Below, piece by piece: positions 49,301 to 58,754 of a DNA stretch of 64,000 nt. Both the position numbers and the translations under genes were made by a program. The notes beneath the pieces were generated by a model, which searched no databases, had not been told where the DNA came from, and saw only the letters and a program-made list of their open reading frames with translations. The DNA comes from a virus: the IMG/VR virus record IMGVR_UViG_3300045998_000148, positions 1-64,000 of that record; one strand, 5' to 3'. Within the stretch, counting starts at the first letter, position 1. Each line of letters begins with the position of its first letter.

Positions 49301-49783
49301 ATGAAAGAGAAAACGATGCCCGCACCCATAGAGGAGATTGCCGTCGAAAAAGAGCTATCCTCTGCGATGGGCAATTTGACGGCAGCGGATGGCGTCAAAG
49401 CGCCCGTACCCGCTGCCAATACCCTTCGCCTACGGGAATGGCTTACTAGAGACGATCGCTCCTCGCGGCGAGAGAATAGGCCGACCTTTGCCGACTGCTT
49501 CAGCAAGCCGTACTTCGCCCAATGGCAGACTAAGCGCGAAAAGTTCGGACTGACCTTTTACGAAGCGCTTTTATTTTTCGGTTGGGCTTGCGACAAGCTC
49601 GACCTACTGGCACTGGCGGAATTGATCGAACTAAACATTCGCATTTCTACCGCCGCACAATACGACAAATTCTTAGAAGCCCGCCACGAAAGTCGGCTTC
49701 CCCGCGATGGATTCGGCATCGACGAATTCGGCATCGATATCCTTGCGGACTACGAACAATCCCCCACTTGTAAAGTTTTATGA
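49301..49783 (+). CDS. Hypothetical protein
   Basis: 160 aa, RBS aggaaa. Confidence 0.6.
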   Translation: MKEKTMPAPIEEIAVEKELSSAMGNLTAADGVKAPVPAANTLRLREWLTRDDRSSRRENRPTFADCFSKPYFAQWQTKREKFGLTFYEALLFFGWACDKLDLLALAELIELNIRISTAAQYDKFLEARHESRLPRDGFGIDEFGIDILADYEQSPTCKVL

Positions 49784-50028
49784 GCGCAGTAGTCTATCGC
49801 ATTCAAATCCCGAAGCCCGATCCCCTCTTCCCCAAGCCGTTTAACTACTATGTCGTCAATATCGACGAAGTAAGTCGGCTGATGTCGGGCGTGCGCGGCG
49901 CTTCCTCGCTCCATACCGCCCTCGAATATCTCAAGCCCGGACAGGGCATCGTCGAAAGGCGCGGCAACCAATGGCATTTCGTCCGGCAGTATATGTCTAA
50001 CTACCCGACAGCCTGCTATCGCGCCTGA
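49780..50028 (+). CDS. Hypothetical protein
   Basis: ATGA coupling with the upstream gene. Confidence 0.6.
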   Translation: MSAVVYRIQIPKPDPLFPKPFNYYVVNIDEVSRLMSGVRGASSLHTALEYLKPGQGIVERRGNQWHFVRQYMSNYPTACYRA

Positions 50029-50038
50029 CCGAATTAAT

Positions 50039-50386
50039 ATGAACGCGACCCCCAATCCCAACCTCAATAACCTTCTCGGAGAAAACGCCGAGCGCGTAAT
50101 AGGCCGCGACTGGCTCGTCGTCGATGCGTCCGGCAGGGCTTACGTCGGCACTGCGATCGCCGCCGCCGCCGATCCGCCGCGCATTACCCTTCAAAATTCT
50201 CTAGAAGTCATACAGCCCGCCGACCGCGTATTCGCCTGGATGCGCGTTGCCCGCCACGGATTTCCCGTCGATGGCAATTCCAGCGTTGCTACGATAGTCG
50301 GGCGAGGCAATATCGAGATCGCCAATCCGACCGATATGATGGAAGCCTCCGAACGCGCCATGCAGCACTTTCAAGAATTTGCCTGA
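50039..50386 (+). CDS. Hypothetical protein
   Basis: 115 aa, in operon. Confidence 0.6.
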   Translation: MNATPNPNLNNLLGENAERVIGRDWLVVDASGRAYVGTAIAAAADPPRITLQNSLEVIQPADRVFAWMRVARHGFPVDGNSSVATIVGRGNIEIANPTDMMEASERAMQHFQEFA

Positions 50387-50847
50387 TCTCTTGGTGCGCT
50401 TTCCCCTGGCGAGGACGCCTCGCCGGGTTCGCACCGCTCTCTTGGTGCGCTTTCCCCTGGCGAGGACGCCTCGCCGGGTTCGCACCGCTCTCTTGGTGCG
50501 CTTTCCCTTGGCACGATACCTTGCTCCTGCAAGAAAGCAGCAATTTTAGCGGAAGCATCCGCGTGGCCGCAGGCAACCAGGCAGATATAGCCGCTTTGTT
50601 CGAGCAGCCGGATAAATTGCTGCTCTTGCGTCGAAAGTTCGCTCTTGCGGTAGCGCGACTGGACGGTAAGGAACAGCCGCCACTCGGGAACGAACAGGTC
50701 GGGCAGGGAAGAGAGCGAACCGAGCGCCTTGAGCCGCCTTATACTCTCGCCGCTAAAGGCGTGCGGTCGAGGCAGGGCGCAGATCAGCTCCGCAAAATTT
50801 TGGCGGAACCACTCGACCGTCAATTTCTGCTCGTGATACCTGCTCAA
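50371..50847 (-). CDS. VRR-NUC-like protein with degenerate catalytic motif
   Basis: LPDLFVPEWRLFLTVQ (canonical PDL...FIEMK), LSTQEQQFIRLLEQSGY. Confidence 0.65.
   Translation of the reverse strand: MSRYHEQKLTVEWFRQNFAELICALPRPHAFSGESIRRLKALGSLSSLPDLFVPEWRLFLTVQSRYRKSELSTQEQQFIRLLEQSGYICLVACGHADASAKIAAFLQEQGIVPRESAPRERCEPGEASSPGESAPRERCEPGEASSPGESAPRDQANS
50388..50512. repeat. 51-bp hairpin element family A, x2.4 tandem
   Basis: Same unit, in the VRR-NUC C-terminus. Confidence 0.95.
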
Positions 50848-50870
50848 TCCGCTGATAGTGACAGACTCCC

Positions 50871-52082
50871 CTAATAATTCCAGCGAATGCGTCCCTTTCG
50901 CCTATCTAGGTGTACGAATCCCTTGACCGCGCCGTAACCGAGGGCTTTATCGTTCCAGGCATAGAGGTCGAGCCAGCGCTGAAAGTTGAAAAGATCGTTT
51001 ATATCGGCAGGGTAGACGTCTACTGCATTGCCCGTCAAGTGCTGGCTATCGCCAACACCGCCCACCTCCCGATTGATTTCGGTAGGCCGATACCAGGAAC
51101 TCGTCAGGATGGGCAGTCCCCGCAGCTCGCGCACCCGATCGAGTGCTTTCGCCGTCTCAATGATATTGACTTCATGATTGGGATTTTTGGGAATGCGCCG
51201 CTTGTCCCCTAGCGTCACCTCTCGGACGGTAAAGAACTTGGAGATCTTGACAAAATTATTGCCCCAATCGATCTTGCCCGCGACGGCTTCGACAAAAGCC
51301 TCCTCTACGCCAAAGGCTTTCCTTGCCCGCTTCCAGTATTCAAAGCGAACGGAACTGCGGCTGAGCTGGGGACTGAGGGCGGCGACGATCGCCGCAAAAT
51401 TATCCGTATCGCTATGGCGGTTCAGGTTGCGCGTCGTCCACAGCCAGCCCGCCGCGCCCAGCCCGATATCGATGCGCTCGGCGACCCAATCGGGATTTTT
51501 TTCGAGGTCATAGCCCAGGTCGAGGCCGCACTGTCGGTAATTGGCGCGTCCGACGAGGGGCAAAAACCCCCTCGGTCGATAGCGCTGAGCATCGCTTTCG
51601 TAATAATTGCCCAGGTAAATGTCCTGTTCGCCCGTGCTGCCTTTTTCCTCAAAAGGATGAGTGCGCCGCGAAAAATCGCTCGTCTCACAGGCGACCATCG
51701 CGAGAAAGGCGGCTGCCCGCTTGCCCGTCAGCAGGTTAAAGCGATTCAGGCATTTATTGAGCGGATCGATGAGGTTGACAATATCGGAGAGGGCGGCATC
51801 CGGCGCGATCGCCTTCAGCGAGACGGTAGAGAGAAAGGTCTGTTCCTCCTTATTCTCTGCTATGTCCTCCCAAGGAAATTGCCAATGTCCGCCCCAGGCA
51901 TACCACAAGCCCGCCCCACCAGCTAGCTCTACCTGGACGTGGTTGCTGCGCGTCGTGACGTGGGAAGTGACGCCGTAGGACTGTCCTTTTTTGACGGCTA
52001 CCTTTTCGTTTTCGGCCAGCTCGACTGATTGGACGACCTTCTTTTTGAGAAAGGTATCGGCGGTCGCGATTATTTTTTGCAC
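50871..52082 (-). CDS. Endolysin: SH3-like + GH19-like + peptidase M15A (D-Ala-D-Ala carboxypeptidase-like)
   Basis: TFLKK N-domain; AAFLAMVACET, YRPRGFLPLVGRANY; SWYRP..N..VGG..SQHLTGNAVD...FVHLD. Confidence 0.88.
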   Translation of the reverse strand: MQKIIATADTFLKKKVVQSVELAENEKVAVKKGQSYGVTSHVTTRSNHVQVELAGGAGLWYAWGGHWQFPWEDIAENKEEQTFLSTVSLKAIAPDAALSDIVNLIDPLNKCLNRFNLLTGKRAAAFLAMVACETSDFSRRTHPFEEKGSTGEQDIYLGNYYESDAQRYRPRGFLPLVGRANYRQCGLDLGYDLEKNPDWVAERIDIGLGAAGWLWTTRNLNRHSDTDNFAAIVAALSPQLSRSSVRFEYWKRARKAFGVEEAFVEAVAGKIDWGNNFVKISKFFTVREVTLGDKRRIPKNPNHEVNIIETAKALDRVRELRGLPILTSSWYRPTEINREVGGVGDSQHLTGNAVDVYPADINDLFNFQRWLDLYAWNDKALGYGAVKGFVHLDRRKGRIRWNY

Positions 52083-52093
52083 AATTTTTGCTC

Positions 52094-53920
52094 CTACAGG
52101 ATATTCAGTAATTGATCCAAGGCGGTTTGGCTCACATTTGTTTTCTTCCAGGCAGAAGAACTGGGGTTGACCGCAAAATTCATGATCACCGTATCGGACT
52201 TGTCCGGCGATCGCCCGATAATGCGCTTCACTTCATCTTTCTCGTTAGCCTTAATCTCGATCTGCATCCCTATTTTTTGCGTGACGTGCCAGCGATGGGC
52301 GCACAACTCTTCGTGCAATTCGCGATCGGGCGGCAGCGAGATGGCAAAATCGTTGGTCGGGTCGAGCAATTCGCGCATATTCCAGAGCATCTCGGTACGC
52401 TTGTCCTTAAAGACAATATTACCCGTGCGGTCGGTACAGGGGACGACTTTACCGGCTTCGTCTAATTTATAGGAAGATCCGCCGAACACGATGCAGACAG
52501 GCTTCATCTTGTAGCGCTTGCAGGAATCGAAGGCCGTCGTGCCGACGCCCATCCCGTCGATCCGTACCTCGACTTGTTTGGACTCCCGCATCCGCATAAT
52601 CTCGCGGGCAATCCGATCGCCCTCAATTTGCGAGTCGTCCTCGCGGTGCGTCTCGCTCTTGGGCAATACCTTGAGGCGCGAATGCCAGATATCATGGCGG
52701 GAACCGAGAACGGTACGGTCGCGACCGCCCCAGGAAATATCGGCGGCAATGTGCGTTTGAGCGGTAGGCGGTTCCGGCGTCCAGCGGCGCATCGCCGCCT
52801 TGACCCAGGCAGAAGGAATAATCTGAAAGCGGTCGTCCCTCTCGATATCGATGTCGAAACGCCCTTCCAATAACTGCGATCGCAGGGGTTCGGGAAAGGA
52901 CATCAAGACAGAGCGATAATTGCTGTCGCGCAAATATTTATTGTCGCTGAGGCGACCGGGAATGAAAGTCCGGCTCGACGGCTGTAGCGAGATGACTTGC
53001 TTGCCCGACTCTATCTCGACGTCCTCCGCCTGGGGATAGTAAATCTTGCCCCTATAGCCAATCGGAGCGTACTCCCTAACCGGAATGCGCCTGCCCCCTT
53101 CGAGAATAATGAATAGCTTGACCTGTTCCGGCTCCAGCTCGACATCGACCGGATTGCCATACTCGTCTGTATTGACCACAAACCACCGCACCTCCCCCGG
53201 CAGCGCTGCCTTGCGCCCCGTCCGTTCTTCATAGCGCGGGTCGATCCAGGGCGCGAAGTAATCGACGACCCATCGGCCTTCCAGCGTACTCGGCGGATTG
53301 AACGTCGCTACGGTACGGCAGAGCTGGTGGATGTCCGACGAGCGGTTCCAACCTCGAATGAACTCGAACTGCGATCGCGAAAATTCGGTCAGCTCGTCGA
53401 ACGCCTTCAAGTCGTGGTCGTGGCCGCGATAGCTCTCTTTGTCCTTCTCGTGTTCGCAGTGTCCGAACTGAATCGTCCGATCGCCGGGGATGTGATGGTA
53501 AACCTTGTCGTTGGAATTGTAAGACGCGCCCGGAGCCATTCGGTATTGGGCGATCGCGTTTTTAATAATCGCATTCAAGCGCTTAAAAGTACGCCTTAAA
53601 ATTAAAGTCTGCCTGTGTTGGTTTGCCAGTACCAGAATGGCCGCCGACTTGCCCGCACCGCCCGCACCGCCCAACCCAATCGTATTGGCGATCGACCGGA
53701 CTGCCGCCTGCTGCATGGGATTGTTCGCATCCGCCCGCCACGGCTGCCAGTTATTCTCCGCTTCGAGACGCGCAATCTCCGATTGCTCGTGGGAATGCAG
53801 GTAAGCCTCGACTTGGGGAGATTGCGACATCGCCACCTCGTATCCCAAATCCTCGACAAAACGATTGGCGCGTAATTTAACCTTTTTCGCGCTTTCCGCC
53901 GCCGTCAAATTTTTTGCCAC
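52094..53920 (-). CDS. terL: Terminase large subunit
   Basis: GGAGGAGKS Walker A, FDELTEF Walker B, TFNP, ADISWGGRD nuclease, RSPDKSD. Confidence 0.92.
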   Translation of the reverse strand: MAKNLTAAESAKKVKLRANRFVEDLGYEVAMSQSPQVEAYLHSHEQSEIARLEAENNWQPWRADANNPMQQAAVRSIANTIGLGGAGGAGKSAAILVLANQHRQTLILRRTFKRLNAIIKNAIAQYRMAPGASYNSNDKVYHHIPGDRTIQFGHCEHEKDKESYRGHDHDLKAFDELTEFSRSQFEFIRGWNRSSDIHQLCRTVATFNPPSTLEGRWVVDYFAPWIDPRYEERTGRKAALPGEVRWFVVNTDEYGNPVDVELEPEQVKLFIILEGGRRIPVREYAPIGYRGKIYYPQAEDVEIESGKQVISLQPSSRTFIPGRLSDNKYLRDSNYRSVLMSFPEPLRSQLLEGRFDIDIERDDRFQIIPSAWVKAAMRRWTPEPPTAQTHIAADISWGGRDRTVLGSRHDIWHSRLKVLPKSETHREDDSQIEGDRIAREIMRMRESKQVEVRIDGMGVGTTAFDSCKRYKMKPVCIVFGGSSYKLDEAGKVVPCTDRTGNIVFKDKRTEMLWNMRELLDPTNDFAISLPPDRELHEELCAHRWHVTQKIGMQIEIKANEKDEVKRIIGRSPDKSDTVIMNFAVNPSSSAWKKTNVSQTALDQLLNIL

Positions 53921-54039
53921 CGCCCCCTTCTACTATCCCGGCAGTCGATCCGTCCGTGCCATTTTCCGATATTCTACCGCGAGGTCGTCTTGCTGCGCGT
54001 TCCCTTGGCGATCGTCTCGCAAAATTATAAAATGGCAAA

Positions 54040-54843
54040 ATGCCAACCAGCAAGACAAGCATCGAGATGAACGGCGAATCAGTAGCAACCAATTGTTCTC
54101 TGGTCTTCAACTACGGGGGCGGTCGGCAAACCGTGGCAATGTGCATCATGATAGCGAAGGGTGTCTTGCCAAAACCCAATGTTGTCGTAATGGCTGACAC
54201 TAGCAGAGAAAACCCGATGACATGGGATTACCTTGAAAAGTACACGCAGCCGATGATGACTGAGCTTGGTTGTCCAGTGGAAATTGCTAGGCATGAGCTT
54301 GCAAAAGTGGATCTTTATGCGAACAACGGCAACTTGTTGCTCCCAGTCTATACAAAGGATGGCAAGCTTCCGACGTTTTGCTCCACTGAGTGGAAGAAGC
54401 GTGTTGTGCGAAGGCATCTGCGTGCAAGCGGACACAGTGGCGGAACGCAATGGTTGGGACTGGCGATGGATGAAAAGCGAAGATGGAAGAAACACCACGG
54501 GAAAGTTGAAGGCAAGTGGCTTACCGTTTGTCCGCTTGTTGATTTAATGATTAACACAGATGCCTGCCTGAGCGTCATTAAGTCGTTCGGTTGGCCGGAA
54601 CCGCACCAGTCAGCTTGTTGGATGTGCCCCCATAAGAAGAATGCAGAGTGGCGTGAAATCAGAGACAACCATCCTGCTGAGTGGAAGCGGGCTGTGGAGC
54701 TTGATAAAAAGATTCGAGCTTCCGATGACCACGGCGGCGTGTTTTTGCATCGCGATCGTGTGCCACTGGATCAAGCCAACTTGGACGCGGAAGAGACTCC
54801 CGAGCTAGTGCGGCAGTGCAGTCTCGGTATGTGTTTCGTGTGA
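54040..54843 (+). CDS. PAPS-reductase/PP-loop (adenine nucleotide alpha-hydrolase) family protein
   Basis: NYGGGRQT, ADTSREN..T, CSTEWK, SACWMCP, C-terminal CSLGMCF. Confidence 0.8.
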   Translation: MPTSKTSIEMNGESVATNCSLVFNYGGGRQTVAMCIMIAKGVLPKPNVVVMADTSRENPMTWDYLEKYTQPMMTELGCPVEIARHELAKVDLYANNGNLLLPVYTKDGKLPTFCSTEWKKRVVRRHLRASGHSGGTQWLGLAMDEKRRWKKHHGKVEGKWLTVCPLVDLMINTDACLSVIKSFGWPEPHQSACWMCPHKKNAEWREIRDNHPAEWKRAVELDKKIRASDDHGGVFLHRDRVPLDQANLDAEETPELVRQCSLGMCFV

Positions 54844-54892
54844 CCTAACCTAGATTCAAAGAACCAGTCATTGGAAAACTGCTAATAGCGAA

Positions 54893-55591
54893 ATGCCGAC
54901 CAGCAAGACAAGCATCGAGTGGACAGACAAGACTTGGAATCCGACGACGGGCTGCAACAAAGTTAGTCCGGGCTGCCAGTATTGCTACGCCGAAGCACTG
55001 GCCGAAAGATTTCCCAAAAGTTTCACGCAGGGGTTCAAGTTGACCCTGCACCCCGAGCGGATAGAGCAGCCAAAAAAATGGCGCAAACCCAGCCGCATTT
55101 TCGTGAATTCTATGAGCGATTTGTTTCACGAAGATCTGCCTTTTTCCTACTTGCAGGAGATTTTCGCGGTAATGCAAGATACGCCGCAGCATACCTATCA
55201 AATCCTGACCAAGCGCGATCGGAACTTGGCAAAATTAGCGCCCCTGCTTGAATGGCCTGAAAATATTTGGGCGGGCGTATCGGTAGAAAGCCAGTCTTAT
55301 GTCTACCGGATCGATGCCTTGAGAGAAGTTCCCGCAAGAGTACGATTCCTTTCCTGCGAGCCTTTGTTGAGTCCGCTCGCCCTAAATTTGAAAAAAATTG
55401 ACTGGGTGATCGTTGGCGGCGAATCTGGATACCGACATCGCCCCATAGAGCCGGAATGGGTGAGGGACATCTTGCGCCAAACGAGAGAAGCAAAGGCGGC
55501 CTTCTTTTTCAAACAGTGGGGCGGACGCCACTCGAAGGCGGGAGGCCGGACATTGGACGATCGCGTGTGGGACGAGATGCCATCAGTGTAA
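54893..55591 (+). CDS. Phage Gp37/Gp68 (DUF5131) radical-SAM-like protein
   Basis: IEWTDKTWNPTTGCNKVSPGCQYCYA, FVNSMSDLFH, WVIVGGESG, FFKQWGG. Confidence 0.93.
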   Translation: MPTSKTSIEWTDKTWNPTTGCNKVSPGCQYCYAEALAERFPKSFTQGFKLTLHPERIEQPKKWRKPSRIFVNSMSDLFHEDLPFSYLQEIFAVMQDTPQHTYQILTKRDRNLAKLAPLLEWPENIWAGVSVESQSYVYRIDALREVPARVRFLSCEPLLSPLALNLKKIDWVIVGGESGYRHRPIEPEWVRDILRQTREAKAAFFFKQWGGRHSKAGGRTLDDRVWDEMPSV

Positions 55592-56550
55592 TGAGCGGGG
55601 CTGAAAGGGCTAAGCGATGCCGGGGAAAAAACGGAATGCAAAGAATTAAGCCGTTATTCAGCTATTATGGGGGCAAGCGGCGTCTAGCAACGCGCATTGC
55701 AGCGGAATGCTGGAAAATCCCCCATTCAGTCTACACGGAGCCATTCGCGGGCGGTTGTGCCGTGTTGTTTGCCAAGGGATTGCCTGCCATCTCTAACAGC
55801 GATCATTACCGAGAAGCAATCAACGATCGCGACAGTCGGATCGCTAACATTTACTGGGTTGCGAGACATCACCCAGACGAACTAGAAAGGCGATTGCAAC
55901 TGACGCCTTACAGTCAGGAATGCTATCGGGAGGCAGTGCAACTATGCAAAGAAGGCAGCGACGACCGCATTGAGATGGCATGGGCTGCGATCGTCAATTT
56001 AGAGATGTCGTTTGCAAACAAGATGAATGGAGGATGGGGAACCAATGTTTGTAGCGAGAATCGTGCTGCAACATGGGCAGCAAAGCGAACAAGCCTGACA
56101 TTTGCTATGAAAAGGCTTGATCGAGTCTATCTTGGCAATGAAGACGCACTGCGTTTTATTGAGAGATGGGATTCGCCCCAAAGCTTGCACTATACAGATC
56201 CTCCATACCCTAACACCGAACAAGGACATTACAGTGGCTATACTCTGGACGACTGGCAAGCCTTGTGCAACTTGCTAGACGACATTAATGGCAGCTACAT
56301 TCTTAGTAACTATTTCCAACCTATTGAGCCAAAATCGGCACAGCAACGGATTGAGATTAGCGTAAATTGTTCTAGCAGCGGAGCTGGCATGGTTGGCAAG
56401 AACAGGGACAAATCGCGAGCTGCCACTGCTGAGGAATTAGGCGATCGCTCTCGGACTGAGGTTTTGTGGATTTGCGATCGCTCCCACAAAATCAGGAAAG
56501 AACTTTACGCCGTCACTCAGAACAAGCACAAGCAACTCAAATTGCTTTAG
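55591..56550 (+). CDS. D12-class N6-adenine DNA methyltransferase (Dam-like)
   Basis: YYGGK, YTEPFAGG, IND, YTDPPY; start either ATG 55591 (TAATG coupling) or 55636. Confidence 0.9.
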   Translation: MSGAERAKRCRGKNGMQRIKPLFSYYGGKRRLATRIAAECWKIPHSVYTEPFAGGCAVLFAKGLPAISNSDHYREAINDRDSRIANIYWVARHHPDELERRLQLTPYSQECYREAVQLCKEGSDDRIEMAWAAIVNLEMSFANKMNGGWGTNVCSENRAATWAAKRTSLTFAMKRLDRVYLGNEDALRFIERWDSPQSLHYTDPPYPNTEQGHYSGYTLDDWQALCNLLDDINGSYILSNYFQPIEPKSAQQRIEISVNCSSSGAGMVGKNRDKSRAATAEELGDRSRTEVLWICDRSHKIRKELYAVTQNKHKQLKLL

Positions 56551-56608
56551 CGCCATCGGTGCAGTAATGCCGCAACATCAAACCGCAAAACCGTTTAACC
56601 CTTAATAC

Positions 56609-56703
56609 CTTTGCCAGAAAAACCATAACTTTGCCAGAGGAAGCATAACTTTGCCAAAGGAACCATAAAACTTCCAAAACGGCAAAATTATGGTTCCTTT
56701 GGC
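56609..56703. repeat. 20-bp tandem repeats x3 plus one inverted copy
   Basis: ctttgccagaaaaaccataa / ctttgccagaggaagcataa / ctttgccaaaggaaccataa; perfect 16-bp inverted repeat 56653-56668 vs 56688-56703. Confidence 0.85.
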
Positions 56704-56719
56704 TGTCCCCGCACCCCGC

Positions 56720-56752
56720 AAAAAAAACCGATCGAATCTCGGCGACGATCGG
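56720..56752 (-). terminator. Intrinsic terminator of the cas8-like operon
   Basis: ccgatcg...cgatcgg stem followed by 8 U on the minus strand. Confidence 0.7.
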
Positions 56753-56782
56753 CATACTCTCAAACGATTTAATTTCTACATT

Positions 56783-57790
56783 TTAAACTTCTAGCGCAAG
56801 CATTTTTCTCAGCCCTTTCTTTTCAGCCACAAGCGAGTCAAATTCCAAGTCTGCAAACCCTTCGTACCACTCCGACCCCTTTGCCAGGTTTGCGACGATC
56901 GCGCCTCGGAGGGGGTTTGCCGAAACAAAACGCCTGCCTTCACTGTCGCTACCGCCCTTGTTTGGAAACATTTCCCGAATCCGTTCATAATCGGCAATAT
57001 AGTCTTCCGTTGGGTGGGCTGTCTTCGCATCGACGATCGACGCAACGCGGTTGCTCGACCTCGAATAGAACTGATAGCCGTGGACGTACTGCTTATTGCG
57101 ATCGCAGTAATCCGCACAGGCATCAATCAGGTTTGCCGCGACAAATCGATCGGCATCACAAGGCTTATTGAATTTGATCGTCTCCAGGCTGACTATATCT
57201 GGACAAATCAGGCCGTAGCTGTATCTTCGCTTGTGTCCGAACTTTTCCTGAATTTGATAGAAACCCCAGGTTAGAGGAGAAAACAAGCTAGCGATCGCAT
57301 TTTCAAACGACAACCGAATTCCGCTACTGGAATTGGGAATCGCAGTAGACTTCAGCGTAACCCCCTTCGCTCTCGCTTGAAACTTCAACTTTTTAGCAAA
57401 ACCTTGATGGACGAACGACTTCAAAAACAACGTATTGAAAGCGATTTCTCCAAAAGGGGATTCGAGGGCGATCGCTTCAGGGTACAGCATGGGACGCGAG
57501 GCGGGCGATTGCAGTAAAGTCTCCAGCATCCCGATATGCGTTGTCAAATTACAACCAGGCAAAGAGATGATCCCGCCAGAGAGCCGGAAAGTCTGTCGAA
57601 ACAGAAAATCCCAGGCTTCCACAAAATCGCCATCCCAAGAAACCTCAATTTTGGTTCGGTCTTTCTGCCACTGAAAGACAGATTGCTCTTTAGGCAGAGA
57701 TTCGAGGGCAAAGGCCAACCCCGCAATCCCGGCAGAAATATGACAGTCGCCAATAGAATGCGACAAAACATCAAAAGTCAATGAATTCAT
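56783..57790 (-). CDS. cas8: Orphan Cas8 homolog (type I-B MYXAN Cas8a1/Cmx1-like), 335 aa
   Basis: HISAGIAGLAFAL (recalled pattern HRAGIAGLALAL), W...I.VSWDG, FLFRQTFRL.GG.I.LPG, TLLQ, ASLFSPL, LICPDI..L, NPLRGAIVANLAKG.EWYEGF; ATGA coupling. Confidence 0.7.
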   Translation of the reverse strand: MNSLTFDVLSHSIGDCHISAGIAGLAFALESLPKEQSVFQWQKDRTKIEVSWDGDFVEAWDFLFRQTFRLSGGIISLPGCNLTTHIGMLETLLQSPASRPMLYPEAIALESPFGEIAFNTLFLKSFVHQGFAKKLKFQARAKGVTLKSTAIPNSSSGIRLSFENAIASLFSPLTWGFYQIQEKFGHKRRYSYGLICPDIVSLETIKFNKPCDADRFVAANLIDACADYCDRNKQYVHGYQFYSRSSNRVASIVDAKTAHPTEDYIADYERIREMFPNKGGSDSEGRRFVSANPLRGAIVANLAKGSEWYEGFADLEFDSLVAEKKGLRKMLALEV

Positions 57791-58167
57791 GCTGCTACCG
57801 CCTCCACTTCCCGACTCTCCCGCAAAAGCTCGGAAAAATCCGGCATATTCGACAGCCCGCTTTTTTTCCAGGCAAACTGCCGGTTGTTTCCCATCACCCA
57901 ATAGAGGCCATTCGTCAAAAAAACGGCGGCATAGGGATAGCCATCGTCTTCCGGGCATCCAGCCGCCGCCCGTAATTCCTTGCCAAAATCGTAGGGCGAT
58001 TCAAATTCTGTACTGACCACCTCCTCGAAAATGAATTTGTCGAGCTGCGCCGGAAAGTGCGCGTTAATCCACCGATTGTCGGCGATCGCAATCCCCAACT
58101 TTTGCACGAAATCCAAATAAGCCGTGGCGTTTGCCTTAGCATCAGACTTATAAACGTAAACGGTCAT
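57787..58167 (-). CDS. Small hypothetical protein (candidate anti-CRISPR)
   Basis: 126 aa, RBS aaggag, coupled to the cas8-like gene. Confidence 0.65.
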   Translation of the reverse strand: MTVYVYKSDAKANATAYLDFVQKLGIAIADNRWINAHFPAQLDKFIFEEVVSTEFESPYDFGKELRAAAGCPEDDGYPYAAVFLTNGLYWVMGNNRQFAWKKSGLSNMPDFSELLRESREVEAVAA

Positions 58168-58214
58168 TGCCTTACTCCTTTTTTTTCGTTTTTGCCGACA
58201 GGTCGAGATGGCTC

Positions 58215-58730
58215 CTAAATTTGCGCTGCGATGTTCCGTACTTCTGACGGCTTGGTGAGACTTTCTGGAACTTCCAGACTGGAGGAACTATCCCCCAGCT
58301 TGAAAACCCGCTCGACTTCCCTCAGCGTCTCTTCGCCACAAGTGGGACGCTTCCAAAACCGCTCAGTAGCATCGATCGCAGCCATCGCCTCCAAAGAATT
58401 GAAGTTTGCAAGCTTTTCCAGCAGCTCGTGACGATCTGCACCCCACTTCGCATCCAACCCGTTCTCCTCGATCGCCGATTCGACCGAAAGCAACAGCGCC
58501 GCATCTGGCGACAGACAGGGATCGAAAAATTCCCCATTGAGGGCATCGCAAAGCAGCAGGGCTTCATTGCGATTGAGCGACAATTTTTTAAGCGATCGAT
58601 CGACCAAGGCATAATACCTCGCGAGATCTGACTGCGCCTGAACTCCCAAGGAAGCGCCCCACTTGACGCGATCGCTCAAGTTTTCTTGGAGCGCCTTGTT
58701 TAGACGGAAAGAGACACTGGGACTGGGCAT
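58215..58730 (-). CDS. Putative RHH-like DNA-binding regulator
   Basis: N-terminal SVSFRLNKALQENLSDR (strand-helix); RBS aaggag; first gene after the promoter. Confidence 0.55.
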   Translation of the reverse strand: MPSPSVSFRLNKALQENLSDRVKWGASLGVQAQSDLARYYALVDRSLKKLSLNRNEALLLCDALNGEFFDPCLSPDAALLLSVESAIEENGLDAKWGADRHELLEKLANFNSLEAMAAIDATERFWKRPTCGEETLREVERVFKLGDSSSSLEVPESLTKPSEVRNIAAQI

Positions 58731-58754
58731 TACGGACTCCTTTTCTTTTGCTCC

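Noticed and set aside
56559-56591. Degenerate I-B MYXAN repeat downstream of cas8 (gtgcagtaatgccgcaacatcaaa)
   Set aside because: Only patchy resemblance, no proper stem and a single copy.
56757-56790. Cas12a-like repeat fragment (taatttctac)
   Set aside because: Lacks the complementary gtaga arm; likely chance in AT-rich DNA.
57791-57958. N-terminal extension of the cas8-like ORF to 391 aa
   Set aside because: Overlaps the 126-aa gene. Cas8-like similarity and the ATGA coupling start at 57790.
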